From NCBI GenBank assembly GCA_963666055.2, contig CAXWPH010000001.1:32001-96000 (forward strand): a DNA stretch of 64,000 bases, read 5' to 3'. The notes beneath the pieces are model-generated. The model saw only the letters and a list, made by a program, of their open reading frames with translations. It did not search any database and was not told the DNA's origin. Below are positions 10,334 through 20,482 of this stretch, piece after piece. A program made the translations under genes and the position numbers. Source of the DNA: Acidobacteriota bacterium. Its GTDB lineage: Bacteria > Acidobacteriota > UBA890 > WLXD01. How positions within the stretch are numbered: position 1 is the first letter of the stretch; each line of letters opens with the position of its first letter.

Positions 10334-11509
10334 GTGCGAACGTTGCCCGCCATGCACGAGGATCTAGTGAGCCAGGAACCATCCATCGAGGACCCGTCGG
10401 GCGGCCCGGATTGGACTCGCCGAAAGCTGCTGATGTCGGTCGGCGGCGTGGCGATCGTCGCTCCGTTCCTTCGCGGACGGCGAGCCAGTACCGAAGCCCC
10501 CTACATCATCCGCTACACCTCGCACGTGCCGCGCTCGCACGGCCTCTACACCGAGGGCTTCGTCCCTTTCCAGAAGTTGGTCGAGGAGGAGATGGGAGAT
10601 CGCCTTCGCCTCGAAGGCTATATGGACAGGTTGCTGCATGGCCCGCTAGACGGGTTCAAGGCCTCGATCACCGGCATCTCCGACTACACCCACGGTTACG
10701 CCGGGTACCAGCCCGGTAGCTTCCATCTACTGCACGCGCTGCAGCTACCGTTCCTGTTTGCCAGTCCGCCCGTCGCTTCGCTGGTGGCCGAGGAGCTCTA
10801 CCCGAAGCATTTCAAAGCCGAGTACGAGCGCATGGGCGTGTATCTGGCCCACTACGACACCACCAGTCCCTACAACATCATCTCCAAACGGCCGATCCGC
10901 ACGCTCGAGGACATGCAGGGCATCAAAATGCGCGTCACTGGGGGGCTGACTGCACAGGTCTTCGCGGAGCTCGGGGTGGTGCCGGTGGTGATGGCGGCAG
11001 GCGAGACCTACACGGCGTTTCAGCGCGGCATCCTGGATGCGGTGGCGCTCGGGGCGCCCGACATGGCGACCTACCGTCTCTACGAGATCGGGCGTGCCTT
11101 CACGCGCGTGGACGTCAACATGCTAGCGCTGCAATACTGCCTGAATCGACAGACCTTCGATGCCCTGCCCCCCGATATCAAGCACGACTTCTACCGGCTA
11201 CTGCGAATCCGCAGCCAGATGGCCTCTCAGAACTACTACTCGGGCCCCCGCGCCGATCGCGCCATGACAACCATCCTGGATGCGGGGGTGGAGCTGATCG
11301 AGTTATCGGAAGAGGAGACGCAGCGCTGGCGACAGCGACTGGTACCGCTCAAGGAGCGCTTCATCGCCGAGAACGAGGCACTAGGCCTGCCGGCGAGAGA
11401 GGTCGTGGACGATCTCGAGCAGGCGGCCGCGCAGTATGCCCACCTGACCAACGCCGAGATCCTCCAACGTGTCATCGAGCATCCGGTGGAAGGGATCATT
11501 GATTTCTGA
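10334..11509 (+). CDS. dctP: TRAP transporter substrate-binding protein (DctP family)
   Basis: PIRTLEDMQGIKMRV and ETYTAFQRGILDA motifs; N-terminal TRRKLL plus a hydrophobic stretch; precedes the small and large permeases. Start uncertain. Confidence 0.88.
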   Translation: MRTLPAMHEDLVSQEPSIEDPSGGPDWTRRKLLMSVGGVAIVAPFLRGRRASTEAPYIIRYTSHVPRSHGLYTEGFVPFQKLVEEEMGDRLRLEGYMDRLLHGPLDGFKASITGISDYTHGYAGYQPGSFHLLHALQLPFLFASPPVASLVAEELYPKHFKAEYERMGVYLAHYDTTSPYNIISKRPIRTLEDMQGIKMRVTGGLTAQVFAELGVVPVVMAAGETYTAFQRGILDAVALGAPDMATYRLYEIGRAFTRVDVNMLALQYCLNRQTFDALPPDIKHDFYRLLRIRSQMASQNYYSGPRADRAMTTILDAGVELIELSEEETQRWRQRLVPLKERFIAENEALGLPAREVVDDLEQAAAQYAHLTNAEILQRVIEHPVEGIIDF

Positions 11510-11529
11510 GCGCCTCAGGGAGCGGCCCG

Positions 11530-12036
11530 ATGCTTGAACTGACCGACCGCTGGTCGGCCCGCGCCGCACTGTGGCTCTATCGCCTCGGCGTGTACGGTGG
11601 GCTACCGGCGCTCGTGGTTCTGGTTACCGTCGACGTGTTGTTGCGCTACTTGTTCAACGCTCCGCTGCGCTGGAGCCGCGACGCCAATGGGCTGCTGCTG
11701 TTGATCTCACTGTTCGCCGCGTTGCCCTACGCCTGGGATCGGGGCTATCACATTCGCATGGAGCTGCTTTACTCGCGGCTGCGAGGGCGCCGTCGCCAGC
11801 TCGCCGATCTGCTCTCGGCACTTTCCGGGATCGTCGTGTTCGGTGCGCTGGCGGTGCAAAGTGCTCGGTTCGTCCCCTACATGGCCGCCACCTGGGAAAC
11901 CGGCGAAGACCTGATGTTGCCACTGTGGCCCTTCATGGCGTTCATGGGCGTCTGTAGCGTGGTGTTCGTGGCACGGCTGCTTTCCAACCCCGAGGGTAGA
12001 TCGGCAAGCGGGGAGGGGGAAAGCGATTGGATGTAA
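11530..12036 (+). CDS. dctQ: TRAP transporter small permease
   Basis: Four TM segments, DVLLRYLFNAPL and HIRMELL motifs. Confidence 0.88.
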   Translation: MLELTDRWSARAALWLYRLGVYGGLPALVVLVTVDVLLRYLFNAPLRWSRDANGLLLLISLFAALPYAWDRGYHIRMELLYSRLRGRRRQLADLLSALSGIVVFGALAVQSARFVPYMAATWETGEDLMLPLWPFMAFMGVCSVVFVARLLSNPEGRSASGEGESDWM

Positions 12037-13328
12037 CGATCGTCGGCCTGCTCGGGATCGCGCTCCTGCTGGCGCTGCTGATCGTCGGGGTGCCGATCGC
12101 CTTGGCCATGGCGGTCACCGGCGTCGTGGGGCTGTGGGTTCTCGAAGGCGCATCGGCAACCATCGCCCAGGTCGTGTTGATTCCGTGGGACGAAGGGCGC
12201 AGCTTCGTGATCGTAACGATTCCGCTCTTTGTGCTCATGGGACAATTCGTATTCCACACCGGCCTCGCTGCGGATCTCTATGACGGCGTACAGAAGTGGA
12301 TCGGGCGAGTCCCGGGAGGCTTGGCGATTACCTCCGTGCTGGCGTGCGCCGGCTTCGGCGCCGTGACCGGATCGAGCATCGCCACGGTCGCCACCATGGG
12401 CTCGATCGTCATGCCCGAGATGCGACGCCACGGCTACGACGCTCGGCTTGCCACCGGGGCGCTGGCAGCATCAGGGACCCTCGGTATCCTGATTCCGCCG
12501 AGCGTCATCTTCATCTTCTATGGCGTGATGACGGAGACTTCGATCGGCGCGCTGTTCATCGCCGGCATTATCCCCGGCATCCTCACCGCCCTGACGTTCT
12601 CGGCGATCATCCTGGTGCGCTGCCTGTGGCGGCCCGAGCTGGGGCCCAAGGGGCCACCCTCGACCTGGCAGGAACGGTTGCGGGCGGTCAAACGAGTGGC
12701 GCCGATTGGCAGCCTGTTTGTTCTGGTGATCGGCGGAATCTACGCCGGGATCTTCACACCTACCGAGGCCGCCGGCATCGGATGCATGGGCGTAATTGTC
12801 GCGGCCGCGTTGCTCCGCAAGCTGACCCTGAAAGCACTTTCCCGCGGTCTCTGCAGCACCGCGCTCATCGCCTCGATGATCTTCGCCATCATCATGGGCG
12901 GCTACCTCATGGCTCGCTTTCTGGCAGTCACCGGGCTGACCCAGGGCATCGTCAGCTTCCTCGTCGACATGCAGCTCGGGCGGGTGTCGTTTCTGCTTCT
13001 GCTGGTCGTGCTGTTCCTGATCCTGGGGGCGATGCTCGACGTCTTCGGCATGCTCGTGCTCACCATCCCGTTCGTTGTGCCTGTGATTGAGGAGCTCGGC
13101 ATCGACCTCATCTGGTTCGGGGTCTTCGCCGTCATCATGGCCGAGCTTGCGCTGGTAACTCCGCCGATCGGGGCAAACGTCTTTGTCATGCGCCGCGTAG
13201 CGCCCGAGGTGCCGATGGGCGACATCTTTCTCGGTGTCGCGCCGTTCGTTGCTGGCGTCCTGGGGGTGCTCGCGTTGTTGATCGCTTTCCCGGAGTTGGC
13301 GCTGTGGCTACCGCGGCAGATGGGGTGA
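12027..13328 (+). CDS. dctM: TRAP transporter large permease
   Basis: IPLFVLMG, GTLGILIPPS, FTPTEAA and TPPIGAN motifs; about 12 TM segments. Confidence 0.93.
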   Translation: MDVTIVGLLGIALLLALLIVGVPIALAMAVTGVVGLWVLEGASATIAQVVLIPWDEGRSFVIVTIPLFVLMGQFVFHTGLAADLYDGVQKWIGRVPGGLAITSVLACAGFGAVTGSSIATVATMGSIVMPEMRRHGYDARLATGALAASGTLGILIPPSVIFIFYGVMTETSIGALFIAGIIPGILTALTFSAIILVRCLWRPELGPKGPPSTWQERLRAVKRVAPIGSLFVLVIGGIYAGIFTPTEAAGIGCMGVIVAAALLRKLTLKALSRGLCSTALIASMIFAIIMGGYLMARFLAVTGLTQGIVSFLVDMQLGRVSFLLLLVVLFLILGAMLDVFGMLVLTIPFVVPVIEELGIDLIWFGVFAVIMAELALVTPPIGANVFVMRRVAPEVPMGDIFLGVAPFVAGVLGVLALLIAFPELALWLPRQMG

Positions 13329-13393
13329 TGGCGCGGCGCGACGCCGGGGCCGTAAGAAGGACCCCTCAGGCAACCCCACGGCCCTCCGGCAAG

Positions 13394-15274
13394 CTATTCA
13401 ACGACCGGCAGGATGACGTGCGACGGATACTCGGCGGAATGGTGAACGCCGTTGTGCGCCAGTAGCCATTCGGTCTCGTCGTAGTTGTTGCCGCCGGTGT
13501 TCATGTTGCGGCTGAAGCGCGGGAAGTTGCTGCTCGACACCTCGAGTCTGACACGGTGTCCGGAACCGAAATAGTTGCTGGTGGCGTGCAGGTCGAGGCG
13601 GGCCTCGTAGACCTCGCCGGCCTGCATCCACACCTTCTTGTCGAACCCTTCCCTGTAGCGCATACGTAGCGCGCCCTCCTGCACGTTGAAGGCTCTGCCA
13701 TCGGGGTAGACGTCGATCAGCTTGGCAGTGAAGTCGGTGTCCTTGGCGGACGAGTCCACATAGAGCACGACCTCCAACGGTCCGGACACCTCTACGCCTT
13801 CGTCAAGCGCCTCCGATGTATAGACGAGCACGTCGTGTCGCATCTCGTTCACCGATTGATCGTATCCGCCCTGCCCGGTGCTCATGCCCGTGCAGCACGC
13901 CTGGCCGCCTAGCGACATCACCGGGGTGGCGGGATCGTAGGTGAATCGATCAGCTGGCTCATCGCCCGGCGGCGCGGCACTCAGCAACCCGTCGCCGAGT
14001 CGACTGTTGGCGCGGCCGCCGCTATGCAAGTAGAGCTTCCTGTAGCTCGTACCGGCAGGCGGCCATGTATCGGCGGAACGCCACTCGTTCATTCCCATGA
14101 GGTAGTAGCTCACGTGCGGCATCTCGGTGACGCTGTTGTCGATTCCCTTCAGCCAGTAATCGAACCAGTCGAGATAGAGATCGACGAAGCCCCTGCGCGC
14201 ATCGCCGAGATCGCGCTCGCCGACGATGGTGCGCTCGGTAGCAGCACTGTGGCCACAGTGGGTCGTCGGGGCGACGATGAGGAACTGGTTGTCGCGCGCC
14301 CGTTGGCTCACCGAGCTCTCACGCATCTGGTTGAACAGCATGAGCGTCTCGCCGACGGCAAAGTCGTACCAGCTGTCAACGTACAGTGCCGCTGTATCGA
14401 AGCTGTCGTCGGCGCGAACGAAGTCCAGCTCCTGGAAATACTCTGCTTCCGGAGCATTGGAGGCGTAGTCCTCGTAGTCGGTCTCCGCGGCACCGGACTT
14501 TTTCACTACATCGATGATCGGCAACGTCCAGTAAAGCCCCAGCCGATCTACCCGCTGACGCTCAGGACCGGTGCGGAAGAGCTTGGCCTGTTCGGAGCCG
14601 AACCACTCTTCGCGGTCGACCCAGTCGGGAGGGCCGTAAAAGAGCTTCGTCGGGTTGCTGATAAACCAGCCCGCGGTTTGTGCCAGCTCGAAGGCACCAC
14701 CATCGAACGACGCCCATGGCCGACCGGGTGCGTAGTACGTCCCTGACGGAGCCATCGGTACGGCCGCCACGTGATTCGGATGCCGCGCCGCCATTAGCTC
14801 CAGCTGTACCCCACCGCGATACGAGCAGCCAAAGGTCGCCACCTTGCCGCTGGACCAGGGCCGCGTGCTCAACCACTCCACGGTGTCGTATCCGTCGTTA
14901 CGGTCGGTGGCGTGTACCACGTATCGACCCTCCGACTCGTAGCGGCCGCGGATGTCTTGCATGGCGACTACGTAGCCCTGGCCAACAAACGTCTCGACGT
15001 CGACCCGGTTTCCACCCTCCTTGCCGTACGGCGTGCGCACCAAGATCGTCGGCAGCGGCTCCGTCGCCCCCGCGGGGAAGTACAGGTCGGTCGACAGTGC
15101 GGCCCCGTCGCGCATCGGCACCATGACGCCGACATCGGGCCGAACGGAGTACGTGGCCTCGCGGCTATGGCCTCCGTCCATCTGCGCCCAACCTGTACCG
15201 ATGGAGATCACGGTGGCCAGACTCATACAGACGGCGAAGAGAGTGCTGCGGAGCTCTGCACGCCGTATGGTCAT
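13394..15274 (-). CDS. secreted CocE/NonD family (S15) alpha/beta hydrolase
   Basis: VPMRDG, RTPYGK, QDIRGRYESEG, GCSYRG nucleophile motif, SSSNFPRFSRN; AGGAG RBS before ATG 15274 and a signal peptide. Confidence 0.9.
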   Translation of the reverse strand: MTIRRAELRSTLFAVCMSLATVISIGTGWAQMDGGHSREATYSVRPDVGVMVPMRDGAALSTDLYFPAGATEPLPTILVRTPYGKEGGNRVDVETFVGQGYVVAMQDIRGRYESEGRYVVHATDRNDGYDTVEWLSTRPWSSGKVATFGCSYRGGVQLELMAARHPNHVAAVPMAPSGTYYAPGRPWASFDGGAFELAQTAGWFISNPTKLFYGPPDWVDREEWFGSEQAKLFRTGPERQRVDRLGLYWTLPIIDVVKKSGAAETDYEDYASNAPEAEYFQELDFVRADDSFDTAALYVDSWYDFAVGETLMLFNQMRESSVSQRARDNQFLIVAPTTHCGHSAATERTIVGERDLGDARRGFVDLYLDWFDYWLKGIDNSVTEMPHVSYYLMGMNEWRSADTWPPAGTSYRKLYLHSGGRANSRLGDGLLSAAPPGDEPADRFTYDPATPVMSLGGQACCTGMSTGQGGYDQSVNEMRHDVLVYTSEALDEGVEVSGPLEVVLYVDSSAKDTDFTAKLIDVYPDGRAFNVQEGALRMRYREGFDKKVWMQAGEVYEARLDLHATSNYFGSGHRVRLEVSSSNFPRFSRNMNTGGNNYDETEWLLAHNGVHHSAEYPSHVILPVVE

Positions 15275-15330
15275 CTGGATCTCCTGCATCTGCATTCGCA
15301 CTCGATAGCCTGGCTGGACAGCCACGCCTG

Positions 15331-17295
15331 CTAGACAGCCACCCCTGCCTTGAGCCCTTCGAAGACCGCTTCCTCGGCGGTACGTGGGCAGAGACAATCG
15401 CCAATGGCGACAACCTCACCGTCGAAGTCCACGAGCTCGGCCTCGAGCTCGTTGACGGCAGCGTGCCCCATGGCCAGCACCAGCGTATCGCAGCCCTCGT
15501 ACGTAACCTGCTCGCCGCTCGTGGTGTGCACGAAACGGATCGTGCCGTCAGCTGCGGCTCGTGCCAGCCGCAGGAGCGGCGCGACCTCGACTCCGAGGCG
15601 ATGCACCGCGCCCACCATGAGGTCGCGCACGTACTGCTGGATGGTCTCTCCGGGCATGGTGCCGTTGACACACAGCCGCACCGGATGCCCGGCGAGGGCG
15701 AGCTTCTGGGCGGTCCCGAGGCCAACCCAGTCGCAACGCCAGTCGGCGACGACAACGGAGCCATTGACTTCGACCTCGTCCCGCAAGATCTGCCAGGCAG
15801 TAACTGTGTGCACCTCGTCAATCCCCGCAATCTCCGGTATGTACGGCTTGGCTCCGGTGGCAAGAACGACTACATCCGGCGAGCGCTGAGCGATCAGCTC
15901 GCGAGTAACGTCGATGCCGGTGATGAGCTCCACGCCTGCGGCCTCGACCTCGCGCACCAAGTTCCGGGTCATGCCGCCGATCTCGGCGCGGTCTGGCAGC
16001 GCCGCGGCCAGCAGAAGCTGCCCTCCGAGCTCCGGCGAACGCTCGCAGAGAACCACCTCGTGGCCCCGCTGGGCCGCCACCGCTGCCGCTTTCATGCCCG
16101 CCGGCCCCCCGCCGACAACGAGGATCTTGCGCTGCACCTCGGCCGGGCGCAGCTCGCCGTAGACCAGCTCGCGCCCGCTCTCCGGATACTGGATACACGA
16201 GATCGGCACACCCATGTGCATGTGTCCGATACAGGCCTGGTTGCAACCGATACAGGTTCGGATCTCGTCCAGGCGGCCCTCGGCGGCCTTGTTGGGCATC
16301 TCCGGATCGCTGATCAGCGCCCGCGTCATGCCGCACAGATCAGCCTGGCCTGCCACCAGGATGCGCTCGGCATCGACGGGATCGACCGTCCGCCCGGTTA
16401 CGATCACCGGCTTGCCCACGACAGCACGCACTGCCGCGGCGTGGGGTGCCACAGAGGATCTCTCGATCTCCATGGGCGGCACGATGTGAGCGGAGCTTCC
16501 CAGCGTCGTGGAGGCCCCTGTCACGACGCTGAAATAGTCGAGCTCGCCATCGGCGTCGAGCGTCTGGCAGATATCGATCACCTCGTCAGTGCTCAGGCCG
16601 TCCGGGTTGAGCTCGTCGGCCGAGATACGCAGTCCGATGACCATGTCGCCGACCCGAGCCCGTACTGCCGATACCACTTGGCGAACGAGCCTGAGGCGGT
16701 TATCGAAGCTGCCGCCGTAGTCGTCGTCGCGCCGGTTCACCCGCGCGTTGAGGAATTGGGCGATCAGGTAGCCGTGACTGCCGACGATCTCGACTCCGTC
16801 GAACCCGGCTCGCTGCAAGCGCTCGGCGCCATCGGCAAAGCCGCTGATGATCTCGTCGATAAGATCCTTCGACATCGCCCTGGGCATGACGTGAAAGCGC
16901 TCGTTCGGAACCGCCGACGCCGAGTACGCCACCATGGCGCTACCGTCCTCGGTCTTGGGAAAGATCTCTCGACCGGGATGGAACAGCTGACCGAATACGA
17001 TGCAGCCGTGCTCGTGGCACGCTTCAGCGATCTTGCGAAACCCCGGCACGCAGTGATCGCTGGTCGCCATGATGATGCGCGGGGTATACCGCGAGCTGTC
17101 GTGGATCCCTGCGATCTCGGTGATGATCAGCCCGACCCCGCCTGCCGCTCGAGCGGCGTGATACGCAGCGGTGGTGGCGCTGGGCACACCGTTCTCGGCC
17201 ATCATCGTGTCGTGTCCGGTCGACACGATGCGGTTCTTGACGGTGACGTTGCGAATCGTCAGCGGCGAGAACAGCTCCGCAAGGGCGGCTCTCAA
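15331..17295 (-). CDS. OYE-family NADH:flavin oxidoreductase with Fe-S and FAD domains, N-methylproline/dimethylglycine demethylase (StcD/HpbA/DgcA)-like
   Basis: KNRIVSTGH, QLFHPGRE, SHGYLIAQFL, CIGCNQAC..C cluster motif, VVGGGPAG; lies immediately downstream of betB. Confidence 0.8.
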   Translation of the reverse strand: MRAALAELFSPLTIRNVTVKNRIVSTGHDTMMAENGVPSATTAAYHAARAAGGVGLIITEIAGIHDSSRYTPRIIMATSDHCVPGFRKIAEACHEHGCIVFGQLFHPGREIFPKTEDGSAMVAYSASAVPNERFHVMPRAMSKDLIDEIISGFADGAERLQRAGFDGVEIVGSHGYLIAQFLNARVNRRDDDYGGSFDNRLRLVRQVVSAVRARVGDMVIGLRISADELNPDGLSTDEVIDICQTLDADGELDYFSVVTGASTTLGSSAHIVPPMEIERSSVAPHAAAVRAVVGKPVIVTGRTVDPVDAERILVAGQADLCGMTRALISDPEMPNKAAEGRLDEIRTCIGCNQACIGHMHMGVPISCIQYPESGRELVYGELRPAEVQRKILVVGGGPAGMKAAAVAAQRGHEVVLCERSPELGGQLLLAAALPDRAEIGGMTRNLVREVEAAGVELITGIDVTRELIAQRSPDVVVLATGAKPYIPEIAGIDEVHTVTAWQILRDEVEVNGSVVVADWRCDWVGLGTAQKLALAGHPVRLCVNGTMPGETIQQYVRDLMVGAVHRLGVEVAPLLRLARAAADGTIRFVHTTSGEQVTYEGCDTLVLAMGHAAVNELEAELVDFDGEVVAIGDCLCPRTAEEAVFEGLKAGVAV

Positions 17296-17322
17296 TTCAG
17301 TCGACCAGCGGCTGGTGCATCA

Positions 17323-18786
17323 TCAGTACGGTGCCTCGACGTCGCCCATCTCCACGTACACGCTCTTGAGCTGCGTATAGTGATTCAAGGTGGTGAGGCT
17401 GTTCTCCCGACCGATGCCGGATTGCTTCGTGCCGCCGAACGGCATTTCGATCGGTGTGATGTTGTAGTTGTTGATCCAACAGGTGCCGGCCTCCAACTGC
17501 GCCACCACTCGGTGGGCGCGCTGAATGTCGCTGGTGAACACACCGGCAGCCAGCCCGTACATGGTGTCGTTGGCTCGTTTCACCACCTCTTCCTCGGTCT
17601 CGAAGGCGAGTACCGCCATGACCGGGCCGAAAATCTCCTCCTGAACGATCAGCATGTCGTCGCTGCAACCGTCGAAAACGGTCGGTTCAACGAAGAAGCC
17701 CTTGGCCAGCGCCGGGTCATCGGGCGGTCCGCCGCCGCACAACAACTTGGCGCCGTTCGCCTTGCCGGCCTCGATGTAGCTGATTACCCGGTCTCTGTGC
17801 TGCGCCGAGATCAACGCACCGACGTGCGTTTCGGGGTCGAGTGGGTCACCGATCCGCATCTGTCCGACGCGCTCCAGCAGACGATCGAGGAACTGATCGT
17901 GGATGCTGCTCTCGACAAAGACACGTGTGCCGTTGGAGCAGATCTCCCCCTGGGTATAGAAGTTGGCCATGATCGCCGCCGAGACGGCGTTTTCGAGGTT
18001 GCTGTCGGCGAAGATCAACAGCGGTGACTTGCCACCGAGCTCCATCGTTACGTGCTTGAGCGTACTGGCGGCATCGGCCATGACGAGCTTCCCGGTCGCG
18101 ACCTCTCCGGTGAGCGACACCTTGTCGATCCCTGCATGGCGGGTGAGGAGCTGGCCCGTCCGCGCGTCACCTTGCACGACGTTGAACACACCATCCGGCA
18201 CCCCGGCCTCGGTGAATATCTCCGCCAGTTTCGGGGCAGTGAGCGGGGTGAGCTCGGCGGGCTTGAAGATCATCGCGTTGCCACATGCCAACGCCGGCCC
18301 CGACTTCCAGCAGGCGATCTGCAGCGGGTAGTTCCAGGCGCCAATCCCGGCACACACCCCGAGGGGCTCGCGGCGCGTGTAGGCGAACGAGGTGCCCAGA
18401 TCGAAGTGCTCGCCGTGCAGGCTGGCCGCAAGGCCGGCGTAGTACTCGATGCAATCGGCGCCCGATAGCACGTCGACGACCGAGGCCTCCTGGATCGGCT
18501 TGCCGGTGTCCAGAACCTCCAGATGCGCCAGCTCGTCGTTGCGCTGCCGCAACAGCGCCACGGCACGGTTGAGGATTCGTCCGCGTGCCGCACCAGTCAT
18601 CGCCGACCACTCCTCGAAACCCGCTCGCGCCGCGGCTACGGCGTGATCCACGTCCTCGGCGCCGGCCTGCTGGATGCTGCAGAGCACCTCGGCGGTGGCG
18701 GGATTGACGGTCTGGAACGACTCGCCACTGGTGGCCGCCACGTACTTTCCGCCTATGTACAGCTGCTGATCAGGAATCGTCATCAA
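17323..18786 (-). CDS. betB: betaine aldehyde dehydrogenase
   Basis: [66 protein letters not shown] (BetB-type). Confidence 0.88.
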   Translation of the reverse strand: MMTIPDQQLYIGGKYVAATSGESFQTVNPATAEVLCSIQQAGAEDVDHAVAAARAGFEEWSAMTGAARGRILNRAVALLRQRNDELAHLEVLDTGKPIQEASVVDVLSGADCIEYYAGLAASLHGEHFDLGTSFAYTRREPLGVCAGIGAWNYPLQIACWKSGPALACGNAMIFKPAELTPLTAPKLAEIFTEAGVPDGVFNVVQGDARTGQLLTRHAGIDKVSLTGEVATGKLVMADAASTLKHVTMELGGKSPLLIFADSNLENAVSAAIMANFYTQGEICSNGTRVFVESSIHDQFLDRLLERVGQMRIGDPLDPETHVGALISAQHRDRVISYIEAGKANGAKLLCGGGPPDDPALAKGFFVEPTVFDGCSDDMLIVQEEIFGPVMAVLAFETEEEVVKRANDTMYGLAAGVFTSDIQRAHRVVAQLEAGTCWINNYNITPIEMPFGGTKQSGIGRENSLTTLNHYTQLKSVYVEMGDVEAPY

Positions 18787-18868
18787 TGCGCCCCTCGCGC
18801 TAGCCGCATTTCCAAATACTCGATCGCCGGATCGATCAACCGCCGGCTACCTTCCGCACCGGTGTACG

Positions 18869-19555
18869 TTACCCCGCCCCGGTGAACTCATCGGTCGCGT
18901 CATCAATCGTCACCCCGCCGTCGCTCGAGAGGATCTGCGCCGGATAGTGCTCCGCCCAAACGGCGATGATCTCGTCCAGCGGCACATCCGTATAGTGACC
19001 GCGGTCGCGCACGTATTCCATATAACGATTGCCGTCGCGGTCGGACTGCTGGAACAACGAGTCGTTGCGACCATCGAACGACATCGGGTCGACGTTGAAG
19101 CGCTCACAGAGCGAGGCGTTGAACGCCGGCGTAGCCTTGACCCACCTGCCGTCCAGGTACAGCTCCGTGTAGCCGTGGAACACGAACAGGTCGGTTTGCA
19201 TCTCGCGTTTCAATCGCTCACTGGCGAGATGGTTCACGACATCGCCGAACCCCAACCGACTGGGAATTCCGTGCACCCGCGCCGCTGCTGCAAGCAGCGT
19301 CGCTTTGCTGATGCAGAACCCGAACCCGTTCTCGAGCACGGCGCTGGCGCGCATACCCTCGACGGTCAGGTCGATCGTGTAGGGGTCGTAGCGGAAATCG
19401 TCCCGTACACGGTCGTGCAGAGCAACCGCCTTATCAACGTTGGAGTCCTCCCGGTCGGCGCTCTGGAGAGCGAACTCGATGACCGCCGGGTGATCGCTGT
19501 CGATGAAAGGCGTCGCCGTCGAGTATTGGTCGAATTGGCTGTGCTGCTCGCTCAT
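18869..19555 (-). CDS. transglutaminase-like family protein
   Basis: GFCISKA (Cys), FHGYTELYLDGRWVKATP; ATG 19555 overlaps the upstream stop (ATGA). Confidence 0.85.
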   Translation of the reverse strand: MSEQHSQFDQYSTATPFIDSDHPAVIEFALQSADREDSNVDKAVALHDRVRDDFRYDPYTIDLTVEGMRASAVLENGFGFCISKATLLAAAARVHGIPSRLGFGDVVNHLASERLKREMQTDLFVFHGYTELYLDGRWVKATPAFNASLCERFNVDPMSFDGRNDSLFQQSDRDGNRYMEYVRDRGHYTDVPLDEIIAVWAEHYPAQILSSDGGVTIDDATDEFTGAG

Positions 19556-20364
19556 GCGATCACTCCCAGGCCAAGACCGCGGATCTGGTCGATATATTCC
19601 TGTGGAAAGACCATGTTCGGTGCGCAATCGTAGCTGAACACGGCGATCATGCGTGGCTTCGATCCGGCGCCGATCTCGGTCACTCGATGTATCGACTCAT
19701 CGCCCCTGAACAGGGTAAACGTGCCCGCCCCTATTTCCGGGCGCTTGGCGATCTGCTCAGGCCTAGCAAAGATGTCGGCTAGCGCCTCGTAGTTCTCGTT
19801 GCGCTCGTCGCGAACGTAGGGAACGTACTCGAACTGGCCGCCAGAGTCAGCCTGGCTCAGCAGCAGGGAGAATACCGCAGCATTGCCGTCGAAGTGCCAG
19901 CCGTTGCAATCGCCCGGGCCGCCGACGTGCACGGTGAGCGCCAGATGCGGGCAGGCGCTTCGAAATAGCGTCTCGTACCCGAGCACCTGGCGTACGAACT
20001 CGGTCAGATGTTCAGAAAGGTACAGCTGCCGGAGAAGGCTAGCGTTGGGAATCTGGTAGTTGAGGATCTGATGATAGCGGCAGTCATGCGTTGTAATTCG
20101 CGGATGACCCGGCGGCCATGCCTTGTCGTCAACATCGTAGGCAGGGCGTGCGTGGTCGAATCGGTAGGCCTCACCGAGGAGCAGCTCCACCTCCGCGGCC
20201 ATCCGCTGCACAACGTCGGGTCGTACGAATCCCGGCAACAGGCAGAGCGCGCCCTCCTCCAAGTCGGCGCCGCACTCGGCGATCAGGGTTCGCATCCGAT
20301 CGCTGTCGGGCTCGTCGAGCGGGTAGCGGGCGACATCCAGTAGTTGTCGCAGCGTACTGTCCAT
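19552..20364 (-). CDS. Fe(II)/2-oxoglutarate oxygenase-fold protein (ArpA/HalD/BesD-like clade)
   Basis: GWHFD (HxD), GGQFEY, FRGDESIHRVT (distal His), RMIAVFSY (2OG-binding Arg). Start at ATG 20364 is a judgement. Confidence 0.75.
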   Translation of the reverse strand: MDSTLRQLLDVARYPLDEPDSDRMRTLIAECGADLEEGALCLLPGFVRPDVVQRMAAEVELLLGEAYRFDHARPAYDVDDKAWPPGHPRITTHDCRYHQILNYQIPNASLLRQLYLSEHLTEFVRQVLGYETLFRSACPHLALTVHVGGPGDCNGWHFDGNAAVFSLLLSQADSGGQFEYVPYVRDERNENYEALADIFARPEQIAKRPEIGAGTFTLFRGDESIHRVTEIGAGSKPRMIAVFSYDCAPNMVFPQEYIDQIRGLGLGVIA

Positions 20365-20482
20365 CGCGCCTGTCCCCCATGGTAAGTTTGTTCTCGGCCG
20401 ACCCAGATATTGGACGTTATGAAAAACGCGAGCAAGCGCCGCGTCGTCGATACCGGCGCCCAAGCACGCGACAGGAGACAGA

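Noticed and set aside
13343-13390. GC-rich inverted repeat between convergent dctM and cocE genes
   Set aside because: Imperfect, no U-tract and no second copy noticed; cannot be called a terminator or REP with confidence.
15463-18027. 854-aa plus-strand ORF, and similar long ORFs at 23526-25334, 31877-33871, 35774-37042 and 44110-45420
   Set aside because: Antisense shadows of well-supported minus-strand genes, expected with high GC3; no motifs.
19552-20364. Possible BesD/HalD-type radical halogenase
   Set aside because: The iron motif is HFD (HxD); halogenases replace the Asp with Gly or Ala.
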